Assembly (NCBI GenBank): GCA_963815215.1
Contig: CAWFFU010000003.1
Coordinates: 192,001-256,000 of the forward strand
Length of the DNA stretch: 64,000 bases
Direction: 5' to 3'
Source: an uncultured Trueperaceae bacterium
Lineage (GTDB): Bacteria; Deinococcota; Deinococci; Deinococcales; Trueperaceae
How positions within the stretch are numbered: the first letter of the stretch is position 1; every line of letters starts with the position of its first letter. A program made the translations under genes and the position numbers. Shown one piece after another: positions 56,389 to 64,000 of the stretch. The notes under the pieces were generated by a model. It did no database searches. It was not told where the DNA came from and saw nothing but the letters and a program-made list of their open reading frames with translations.

Positions 56389-57264
56389 GTGACGGACGCG
56401 GACGAACGGCGCGGTGCCCTGCCGGCCGGCGCCGCTGAGGCTGCCGGCCGGCGCCGGCCGAGGCTGGCCGTGTGGAAGTTCTCCTCGTGCGATGGCTGCC
56501 AGCTGACGCTCCTCGATTGCGAGGAAGAACTGCTGGCGTTGGTCGACCGGCTCGAGGTCGCCTACTTCCTGGAGGCGTCGAGCGCCGTGGTCGAGGGACC
56601 GTACGACGTGTCTCTGGTCGAGGGCTCGATCACCACGCCAGATGAGCGGGAACGCATCCAGAAGATCCGGCGCGAATCGGCTACCGTGATCGCCATCGGG
56701 GCCTGCGCCACGGCCGGGGGCATCCAGTCGCTGCGTAACTACGCCGACGTCGATGCCTACGCTCACCTGGTCTACGCGCACCCGGAGGCGCTCGACGTGC
56801 TGCCGACATCGACCCCGTTCTCGTCGCACATCGATGTCGACCTGGAGCTCCGAGGCTGTCCCATCGCCAAGGAGCAGTTGCTCGAGGCCGTTGGCGCGCT
56901 GCTCCACGGGCGCCGGCCGCACCTTCCCACGGTCAGCGTGTGTCAGTCCTGCAAGCGTCGCGGTATCCCGTGCGTGATGGTGTCCCAGGGCGTGCCCTGC
57001 ATGGGCCCGATCACCCAGGCCGGGTGCGGGGCGCTGTGCCCGGCCGTGGGGCGCGGCTGCTACGGCTGCTTCGGTCCCGCAGAGAGTGCCAACGTCGGGT
57101 CGCTGATGCGCTGGTGGCGCGACGCGCTCGGTATGGACGCGGACGCGAGCCTGCGGGCGCTGCGGACCTTCAACGCCGCGGCGCCGGCTTTCGCCCGCTC
57201 CGATCCGTTCGCCGCGGGCGGCACGCCGGCGGGCGGCGACGGGAGCGGTCACCATGACCTCTGA
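56389..57264 (+). CDS. Group 3b hydrogenase small subunit (delta)
   Basis: SCDGCQ, VEGS, GACA, GCP, VCQSCK, CMGP, GCGALCP, CYGCFGP; start uncertain (56365 or 56389). Confidence 0.92.
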   Translation: MTDADERRGALPAGAAEAAGRRRPRLAVWKFSSCDGCQLTLLDCEEELLALVDRLEVAYFLEASSAVVEGPYDVSLVEGSITTPDERERIQKIRRESATVIAIGACATAGGIQSLRNYADVDAYAHLVYAHPEALDVLPTSTPFSSHIDVDLELRGCPIAKEQLLEAVGALLHGRRPHLPTVSVCQSCKRRGIPCVMVSQGVPCMGPITQAGCGALCPAVGRGCYGCFGPAESANVGSLMRWWRDALGMDADASLRALRTFNAAAPAFARSDPFAAGGTPAGGDGSGHHDL

Positions 57265-58561
57265 CCAACGAGAGATGCGCAGGATCAGCGTGGGGGCGCT
57301 CGCCCGTGTCGAGGGCGAAGGGGCCATGCGCATCCGGGTGCAGGGAACGACCGTCGAGGAGGTCGCGCTCAACATCTACGAGCCACCGCGCTTCTTCGAG
57401 GCGCTGCTGCGTGGGCGCGCCTACACCGAGCCGCCCGACATCACCGCGCGCATCTGCGGCATCTGCCCGGTGGCCTACCAGACCAGCGCGGTGCAGGCCA
57501 TCGAGGCAGCCTGCGGGGTCGAGGTCGGCCCCTCCGTGCAGGCCCTACGGCGGCTGCTGTACTGCGGCGAGTGGATCCAGAGCCACGCGCTGCACATCTA
57601 CCTGCTCCACGCCCCCGACTTCCTCGGCTACGACAGCGCGCTCGAGCTCGCCAAGGTGGTGCCCGACGTCGTCCAGCGCGGCCTCACGCTCAAGAAGGCA
57701 GGCAACGACCTGATGAACGTGGTCGGCGGGCGCGCGGTCCACCCCGTGAACGTGCGCGTCGGCGGGTTCTACCGCGCACCCTCCGCGGCCGAGCTGGAGA
57801 CGCTGGTCGAGCCGCTGCAGCGTGCGCTGGAAGCGGCGGAGGAGACGGTGCGCTGGGTGGGCGGCTTCACCTTCCCGGACTTCGAGCACGACCACGAGTA
57901 CGTGGCGCTGCGGCATGCCAGCGACTATCCGATGGAGGCGGGGCGGATGGTGTCCGATCAGGGTCTGGACATCGGTCCGGACGCCTTCGAGGACCACGTC
58001 GAGGAGCTGCACGTGGAGCACTCGAACGCCCTGCACGCAGTGTTGCGCGAGCGTGGCACCTACATGACGGGTCCGCTGGCCCGCTACAGCCTGGACTTCG
58101 ACCGACTGTCGCCGAGGGCCCAGGAGGCGGCTCGCGAAGCGGGGCTCGGGACGACCTGCCGCAACCCCTTCAAGAGCATCGTGGTGCGGGCGGTGGAGAC
58201 GTTGTACGCCGTCGAGGAGGCGCTGTCGTTGATCCAGCGCTACCGCCCCCCGAGCCCCAGCGCCGTGGAGGTCAAGCCTCGGGCGGGCCGCGGATCGGGT
58301 TGGAGCGAGGCGCCGCGCGGACTGCTGTACCACCGCTACACCCTGGCCGCGGACGGCACCATCGAGGAGGCCGTCATCACGCCGCCAACGTCGCAGAACC
58401 AGCGCGCCATCGAAGCCGACCTGGCCCGCTTCGTGGAGGCGCACCTGGATCTGGACGACCAGGCACTGACCTGGCAGTGCGAACAGGCGATCCGCAACTA
58501 CGATCCGTGCATCTCCTGCGCCACGCACTTCCTGGATCTCGACGTGGAACGCCGGCCGTGA
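57254..58561 (+). CDS. [NiFe]-hydrogenase large subunit (group 3b alpha)
   Basis: ARVEGEG, PRFFE, L1 [16 protein letters not shown]2 DPCISCATH with a short C-terminal extension. Confidence 0.95.
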   Translation: MTSDQREMRRISVGALARVEGEGAMRIRVQGTTVEEVALNIYEPPRFFEALLRGRAYTEPPDITARICGICPVAYQTSAVQAIEAACGVEVGPSVQALRRLLYCGEWIQSHALHIYLLHAPDFLGYDSALELAKVVPDVVQRGLTLKKAGNDLMNVVGGRAVHPVNVRVGGFYRAPSAAELETLVEPLQRALEAAEETVRWVGGFTFPDFEHDHEYVALRHASDYPMEAGRMVSDQGLDIGPDAFEDHVEELHVEHSNALHAVLRERGTYMTGPLARYSLDFDRLSPRAQEAAREAGLGTTCRNPFKSIVVRAVETLYAVEEALSLIQRYRPPSPSAVEVKPRAGRGSGWSEAPRGLLYHRYTLAADGTIEEAVITPPTSQNQRAIEADLARFVEAHLDLDDQALTWQCEQAIRNYDPCISCATHFLDLDVERRP

Positions 58562-59022
58562 GGCGCGTGGTAGTGGCGGGGCTCGGCAACGACCTTCGCA
58601 GCGACGACGGCGTGGGGCCAGCCATCGCGTTGCGGGTGGCGCGTTCGGCCGGACCGGGCGTGACGGTCCTCGTGAACGCCGGTGAGCCTACGGACCTGAT
58701 CGAGGTGTGGCGCGACGCGGACGTCGCCATCGTAGTGGACGCCATGGACGCGGGCCTGGAGCCAGGGACGTCACGCCGTGTCGACGCCGCCGCCCTGAGC
58801 GGCGCCACCCTGCCCTCGGGGGCGTCGAGCCACTTGCTGCCGCTACCGAACGTGGTCGAGCTGGCCCGGACGCTGGGCGTCATGCCCGGCCGGCTGCTCG
58901 TCTTCGGTGTCCAGGGGGGCGTGTTCGGGCCGGGCGAGGGGCTCTCCCCGGCGGTGCAACAGGCGGTGGAGCGCGTGGCCGCCGAGATCCTGGACGAGGT
59001 CGGTGTGGCCCTCGTTCCCTGA
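58558..59022 (+). CDS. Hydrogenase maturation protease
   Basis: GLGNDLRSDDGVG, IVVDA, SSH, GLSPAV; GTGA overlap. Confidence 0.92.
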   Translation: MRRVVVAGLGNDLRSDDGVGPAIALRVARSAGPGVTVLVNAGEPTDLIEVWRDADVAIVVDAMDAGLEPGTSRRVDAAALSGATLPSGASSHLLPLPNVVELARTLGVMPGRLLVFGVQGGVFGPGEGLSPAVQQAVERVAAEILDEVGVALVP

Positions 59023-59068
59023 CGGGCGGCGGGGCGCAGCCCCGCCACGATCCGTTCTGTCAGAAACG

Positions 59069-59097
59069 CCTGTCCGCGGCCGTAGGCCGCGGACAGG
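59069..59097. terminator. Hairpin between convergent genes
   Basis: CCTGTCCGCGGCC-gta-GGCCGCGGACAGG. Confidence 0.6.
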
Positions 59098-59128
59098 GTG
59101 CGCTAGGAGGTAGAAGGAGAGTCGGAAG

Positions 59129-59587
59129 TCAGGTGGGCGACGCCTCGCGCTCCACGGGAGCGACGCGGCCGCCCGTCTCCAGGTCGAGCAGCGAGACCAG
59201 CGCCTGCAGCAGGTCGGTGATGGTGAGGATCCCCACCACCGAATCGCCGTCGACGACCGGAAGCCCCGAGATCTTGTGCTCGTTCATCATCAGGGCGGCC
59301 CGCTCGATCGGATCGTCGGGGGAGACGTTCAGCACCGCCGTCTTCATGACGTCGCTGACGGTGAGGCGGCTGAGAAGGTAGTTGAGCTCGAACACCGACA
59401 GGCTGGTGGCCTTGGAGGGCGCCGCCTCACGCAGGTCCCGATCGGTCACGATGCCCACGAGACGGCCGCGCGACACAACGGGCAAGCGCCGGAATCCACC
59501 GTCGCGCATCACCTTCTGCGCTTCGAAGAGCTTCGTATCCGGCGTGACGGTGACGGGATCTGCGACCATCCAATCGCTGACCAGCAT
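59129..59587 (-). CDS. CBS-pair protein (AcuB-like N-terminus)
   Basis: RRLPVV..GIVTDRDL, PSKATSLS..EL.YLL, ISGLPVV..GILTITD. Confidence 0.9.
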   Translation of the reverse strand: MLVSDWMVADPVTVTPDTKLFEAQKVMRDGGFRRLPVVSRGRLVGIVTDRDLREAAPSKATSLSVFELNYLLSRLTVSDVMKTAVLNVSPDDPIERAALMMNEHKISGLPVVDGDSVVGILTITDLLQALVSLLDLETGGRVAPVEREASPT

Positions 59588-59779
59588 GGCGACCCCCTTC
59601 GAGGTCCCGCAGTGTTGCTCGAGGCCGAGCGTCCGGCCGGCGGTGGGCTCCGCGGAGCCCACCGGCCCCGCTCCACACCCTCCACGCCAGCGTAGAACCA
59701 TGAGGACGGAGGCCCATCCCCGTCTTTCCGACGCGGTTGTCGGAGATTCCCCTACACCCCTGCGAGGGTTCCCGCTCGG

Positions 59780-59950
59780 TCAGCCGCCCTGCATCCAGCG
59801 CTTCACGGAGCGTCCGGCGATCACGCCGGCCACCTCGCACGGGATGCTGACGACCAGTGACGGGACCAGGCCCATACCGTGGCCTGCGAACAGGCGGAAG
59901 AGCGTGAACACCACGCCGAAGATGACGAAAGCCAGTAGATGCCCGATCAC
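59780..59950 (-). CDS. Putative 56-aa membrane protein (MIGHLLAFVIFGVVFTLF...)
   Basis: Two hydrophobic segments; TAGACT 5 nt before the GTG. Confidence 0.5.
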   Translation of the reverse strand: MIGHLLAFVIFGVVFTLFRLFAGHGMGLVPSLVVSIPCEVAGVIAGRSVKRWMQGG

Positions 59951-60095
59951 GGCACAGTCTAGACGGGTCGGTGCGTAGGCGGTAGTGGCGTAGTCCGCAT
60001 CCCGCTGCTCCCCGCGGTGCGGTAGATTGGCGGCCCACCATGGCCGCCCCACCGCCCAGACCCCGCCCTCGTCGTCCGTCGCGGCGGTGCCCGTG

Positions 60096-60950
60096 ATGGC
60101 GGTCCGCCGCCTGGTGAGGGCGACGCCTGCCCCGGCGCTCGAGATCGCCGCCATCCTGTCGATCCACCTGGGCGCGGCGTTGGCCACCCACCTGTTCGAT
60201 GCCTGGGGGGAGCAGGGCACCGCCTTCGCCCGGTTGGCGCTAGGCGCGGGCGTGCTGCTGGCGCTCACCAGGCCGCGCTTGACGGCGCTGGCCCGGGCGG
60301 ACTGGGCGCGGCTGGCTGCCTTCGGATCGATCCTGGCGGGGCTCAACCTGTTCTTCTACGAGGCGCTGGCGCGGTTGCCGCTCGGCGTGGTCGCCACCGT
60401 CGAGTTCATGGGGCCCCTCGCCGTGGCGTTGCTCGGCACGCGCCGCGCGCTCGACCTGCTGTGGGTCGGGCTCGCCGCCGGGGGCATCGCCCTGCTGGCA
60501 CCCGTCGGGGGGGTGGCGCTCGACCCGGTGGGACTCGCGTTCGCCGCCGCCGCCGCCGCCTGCCTCGGCCTGTACATCGTGGTGGGCGGCCGGCTCGGGC
60601 GCACCCTGCCCGGCCATCAGGGGCTGGCGCTGGCCATGGCCCTGGCGGCGGTGCTGCTGCTGCCGGGCGGCGTGGCTCGGGCCGGGCCGTCGTTGCTCGA
60701 GCCACGCCTGTTGGCGCTGGGCCTGGCGGTGGCGCTGATCTCGACCATCGTGCCGTTCTCGTTGGAGTTCGAAGCCATGCGGCGGATGCGCCCGCGCGCG
60801 TTCGGCGTGCTGCTCAGCAGCGAGCCCGCCATCGCTGCGCTGGTGGGGGTGGTGCTGCTGGGAGACGTGCTGGAGCCGCGGCAGATCGCCGCCATGGCGG
60901 CGATCATGGTGGCGTCGGTGGGATCGACGCTGGCTGAGCGTCGCGCCTAG
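60096..60950 (+). CDS. EamA/DMT transporter (RhtA-like)
   Basis: SIHLGAALA, NLFFYEAL.RLPLG..TVEFMGPL, PFSLE, FGVLLSSEPA; start uncertain. Confidence 0.88.
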   Translation: MAVRRLVRATPAPALEIAAILSIHLGAALATHLFDAWGEQGTAFARLALGAGVLLALTRPRLTALARADWARLAAFGSILAGLNLFFYEALARLPLGVVATVEFMGPLAVALLGTRRALDLLWVGLAAGGIALLAPVGGVALDPVGLAFAAAAAACLGLYIVVGGRLGRTLPGHQGLALAMALAAVLLLPGGVARAGPSLLEPRLLALGLAVALISTIVPFSLEFEAMRRMRPRAFGVLLSSEPAIAALVGVVLLGDVLEPRQIAAMAAIMVASVGSTLAERRA

Positions 60951-60974
60951 CGACGACCTCAGCCGGCGTTGTCA

Positions 60975-61051
60975 TGGTGCGCCCGGAAGGATTCGAACCT
61001 TCGACCTTGGGCTTAGGAGTCCCCTGCTCTGTCCAGCTGAGCTACGGGCGC
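60975..61051 (-). tRNA. tRNA-Arg (CCT)
   Basis: GCGCCCGTAGCTCAGCTGGACAGAGC, loop CT-CCT-AA, GGTTCGAATCC, CCA. Confidence 0.93.
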
Positions 61052-61145
61052 AGGCCGCGCGGCGTTCCAGGACGCCTTCGCGCCCGGCATTGTACGACGC
61101 CGTCGGGCGCAGGGGCAATCTCGGCCGGTGCCCGGGAGGGCGGGT

Positions 61146-61595
61146 TCACAGGGCCGGGACGAGGGCCGCCAGGTCGGCGCGCAGCGCGCCGGTGAGGGTC
61201 TTGATCTCGTCGAGCGCGCTGTGCCGGTCGATGGCGCGTAGGAGCGCTTCGAAATCGGCGCGTGCCTGGCGGGCGCGATCGGGGTAGAGGCGGGCGAGGT
61301 CGGTGGCCTGGTCGAGGTCATCGAGGCCGCGTCTGGCGGCGTCCTTGGCGGCCGTGAGACTGGCCCCGGGCTGGGCCGCGGCGCCGTCGGGCACCGCCCG
61401 GGCATATTCGAGGTCCACCACGTCGAGCGTTCCCTGCGCGTGCTGCACGGCGTAGATCGAGGGTGTGAGCTGCGTGGCGAGGCTCGGGTTCGGTGCCGTG
61501 CCGCGACCCAGCAAGAAGGCCAGGGGGACGACCACCACCGCGGTGATCAGCGCCGCCAGGTAGGCGGGGAAGTGGCGCTGGCGTCGGTACAGCAT
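61146..61595 (-). CDS. Membrane-anchored helical hypothetical protein
   Basis: GAGGAGG SD; one N-terminal TM helix; Ala/Leu-rich helical remainder. Confidence 0.7.
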   Translation of the reverse strand: MLYRRQRHFPAYLAALITAVVVVPLAFLLGRGTAPNPSLATQLTPSIYAVQHAQGTLDVVDLEYARAVPDGAAAQPGASLTAAKDAARRGLDDLDQATDLARLYPDRARQARADFEALLRAIDRHSALDEIKTLTGALRADLAALVPAL

Positions 61596-61605
61596 GCTAT
61601 CCTCC

Positions 61606-63714
61606 TCAACTCCCCTTCAGGACCAGCGCCACCTGGGTCTCGAGCCGGAAGGCGCTACGAAGGAAGCGCCGCAGCGCCTCGGGATCGCTCAAGTGGCCGC
61701 AGTCGATGAGCCGGCGCGGCGTAACGGCGTGCGCCTGGGGGGCGGTTCCGCCGTCGAGGCGCGCCTCCAGCGCGGCCAGCACCTCGCCCGGAGTGCCGGT
61801 CAGGGTGGTGGCGTCGTCGAGCTCGAGCAGGCGGGCGCCGCGACGGTCCATCGCCACTACCGGGTGGCGCAGGACGCGGGAGAACAGCCGGCGTTCCAGG
61901 CGTTCGGCGCTGAGCACGACCAGCGCCGGGCTGCGGTAGCGAAGCTCGCACGGGCCCCCGCCGAGCTGCTGGCGCGCGAGCGTGCGCAACACGTCGTCGT
62001 CGAGGTCGCCGCGATGGCCGTCGACGGGGTGGGCGCCGAAGGCCACGGCGCGCAGCAAGCGCTCCTCGGGCAGGTAGTGCACCTCGGACTGGAGGCGGGC
62101 CGGGTCGGCGCCGAGCCGCACCGCTTCACCCTCGACCTCGCGCAGCAGCAGGTCGCCGATGGTGGGGTCGTCGATGCCGGCGTTGCGCTCGCGCTCGACG
62201 CGGATCATCGTCAGCGCGGCGCCGATGCTGGAGATGATGTCGGGCTCGGGGACGCACTCGAAGTCCAGGCCCAGGCGGGCGGCGACGACCGGGCCCAGCA
62301 CGCGGGCGGCGCCGCCGCCGCCGTACAACCGGGTGCCGCCCAGGTCGTGTTCGTCGGCCACGGCGCGAACGGTGCGGGTCAGCTTCTCGGCGCCCGCCTC
62401 CAGGATCGCCAAGGCCAGCTCGTCCGTGCCGGCGCCCAGGGCGCGCGCGAGCGGCGCCAGGGCGCTGCGGGCGGCCTCGGCCGGACGGTGGCCGGGATCG
62501 TCGGCGGGGAGGCGGCCCAGGGCGTTGGCGGCGCAGGTGGGGGTGATCGCGAAGCGGCCGCCGGCGGCCGCCACCACGGCGTAGTCGGCCGGGTCCCCGT
62601 CACGCGGCGCGATGCGCTCCAGACGCGCTCCCTCCAGGGCGGCCGGGTCGGCGAGCGAGGCGTAGGGGAGGCCCGCGATGTGGGCGCTGCGCGGCCCCAC
62701 CTCTTCGATGCGCCGGTTGGACAGGCGGATCAAGCTGCCCCCCGCCACCCCGGCGATGCGGATGTCGGCCGCGCGCAGCGCCGTGGGGAAGTCCATCACC
62801 GTCATGTGCTTCATCACCGGGCGGCCGGCCTTGATGGCGCCGATGTTGGTGCTGGTTCCGCCGACCTCGAACAGGATGCCGTCGGTCACGCCGTGGTACA
62901 GGATAGCGCCCGCCAGCGAAGCGGCGGGGCCGCTGACCACGGTGTGGATCGGCGCCTCGCGCAGCCCCTGCAGGTCGACCGCGCCGCCGTCGCCCCGCAC
63001 CACCAGCAGGGGCACGCCGGGGAGCTTGCGCTCCAGCGCCCGCTCGACGTGCTCGGCCGTGCGCAGCATGGTGGGCAGGATGGAGGCGTTGATCGCAGCC
63101 GTGCTCGAGCGCATCTCCAGGCCGTAGACGCCCGTCAGCTCCGAGCCGCCGGTGGCGGGCAACCCCGCCTCTCGCAGCAGCTCGGCGGCGTGACGCTCGA
63201 GGGCGGGGTCGTCGACGGCGAACGCCTGGCTGACGGCTGCCGCCTCGACCCCGTCGGCCCGCCAGGCCGCCGCCACGGCCCGCACCCGCTCGTCGACGTC
63301 CGGGGCGTCGGAGGGGACGAAGGCCCAGCTCAACGCCAGGGGGCGGCCGCCGGCCAGGCGCAGCTCGCTGAGCTGCGTGCGGCGGCGGATCAGGCGTTCC
63401 TCGGCGGCCGGTCCCAGCGCCAACAGACCCACGTGCGCCATGTCGCCCTCGAGTAGCGCGTTGGTGGCCTGCGTGGTGGCGTGGGCTACCAGGGCCACGG
63501 GCTTGCCGGGAGGGAGCGTGGCGAGCAGCTCCTCGAGGACCCGGAGCACGCCCGCGACCACGCCCTCGGCGGCCCGGTGCGTGGTCGCCACCCTCGCGCG
63601 TGAGAAGATCTCTCCGCTGACGGCATCGAGGGCGACGCCCTTGGTGAAGGTCCCACCGACATCGATGCCGATGCGGACGGCGCTCTGCGGCGGCGGAGGG
63701 GTCGGGATGCTCAT
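61606..63714 (-). CDS. Hydantoinase/oxoprolinase A-family (ASKHA fold) protein
   Basis: IGIDVGGTFT, HATTQATNALLEG, INASI, SGPAAS, EVGGTST, AGGS, VGPRSA, GGGGA. Confidence 0.88.
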   Translation of the reverse strand: MSIPTPPPPQSAVRIGIDVGGTFTKGVALDAVSGEIFSRARVATTHRAAEGVVAGVLRVLEELLATLPPGKPVALVAHATTQATNALLEGDMAHVGLLALGPAAEERLIRRRTQLSELRLAGGRPLALSWAFVPSDAPDVDERVRAVAAAWRADGVEAAAVSQAFAVDDPALERHAAELLREAGLPATGGSELTGVYGLEMRSSTAAINASILPTMLRTAEHVERALERKLPGVPLLVVRGDGGAVDLQGLREAPIHTVVSGPAASLAGAILYHGVTDGILFEVGGTSTNIGAIKAGRPVMKHMTVMDFPTALRAADIRIAGVAGGSLIRLSNRRIEEVGPRSAHIAGLPYASLADPAALEGARLERIAPRDGDPADYAVVAAAGGRFAITPTCAANALGRLPADDPGHRPAEAARSALAPLARALGAGTDELALAILEAGAEKLTRTVRAVADEHDLGGTRLYGGGGAARVLGPVVAARLGLDFECVPEPDIISSIGAALTMIRVERERNAGIDDPTIGDLLLREVEGEAVRLGADPARLQSEVHYLPEERLLRAVAFGAHPVDGHRGDLDDDVLRTLARQQLGGGPCELRYRSPALVVLSAERLERRLFSRVLRHPVVAMDRRGARLLELDDATTLTGTPGEVLAALEARLDGGTAPQAHAVTPRRLIDCGHLSDPEALRRFLRSAFRLETQVALVLKGS

Positions 63715-63805
63715 GGCCTAGGCGTCGGAGCGGGCCGGCGGAGCAGCCGGCGGCTGTCGGGGAGTCCGGGGACCGGCGGCATCGGTCGCGATCGCGCGGC
63801 GGCCG

Positions 63806-64000
63806 TCAGCCGGAGGACGTCTCGCCCGCCGCGCCGCCGGCGCTCTTGCGTGCGAGCCGACCCCGACGCAGGACGAATGCTACCATCCCGATCGCATAGA
63901 CGCCGATCAGGCAGGCCTGGGTCAACACCGTTTCGAGGGTGGGGTGGAAGCCGGTGAGTGCGGCGAGGCTGGGGTTCAGGCGCGGCAGCGTGCCCAGCAG
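63806..64000 (-). CDS. C-terminal end of a probable FTR1-family iron permease (truncated by the window edge)
   Basis: Translates to ...ALTGFHPTLETVLTQACLIGVYAIGMVAFVLRR...; G.xPT.ET..Q followed by a last TM helix resembles FTR1 C-termini. Confidence 0.5.
   Translation of the reverse strand: MLGTLPRLNPSLAALTGFHPTLETVLTQACLIGVYAIGMVAFVLRRGRLARKSAGGAAGETSSG

Noticed and set aside
58500..58530. [NiFeSe] hydrogenase
   Set aside because: L2 motif is DPCISCATH with TGC codons and no in-frame TGA.

Overview
Very GC-rich bacterial chromosome segment, most consistent with Deinococcota (Truepera/Deinococcus-like). This is inferred from the style of Rho, ClpP, MiaB and aspartate kinase, and from many -10 boxes sitting directly in front of start codons. 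It is mostly housekeeping: ruvC, glnA, a Liv-type ABC transporter, an FNR, lysC, acyl-CoA dehydrogenases with ETF, pgk-gap, T-box-controlled ileS, rho, Rrf2-cysteine desulfurase, tig-clpP-clpX, miaB, moeA, prfA and six tRNAs. Several accessory modules are embedded: (i) a split RLAN + RimK-like ATP-grasp ligase converging on a GNAT-C39-like peptidase; (ii) a receiver-thioredoxin-reductase fusion lacking CxxC followed by two paralogous cNMP-domain histidine kinases, between tRNA clusters; (iii) a group 3b-type [NiFe]-hydrogenase operon with an embedded cNMP-binding gene, sharing a candidate operator with a convergent CBS gene; (iv) an FTR1-like/hydantoinase-A-like operon at the right edge. Details read directly from the sequence include a probable AUU start for miaB, a GVHH catalytic motif in IleRS, an internal beta-subunit start in lysC, a His-rich tail on trigger factor, and a structured glnA leader. 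No CRISPR array, integrase or transposase was seen. All calls are from motif recognition by eye; no database searches were run.
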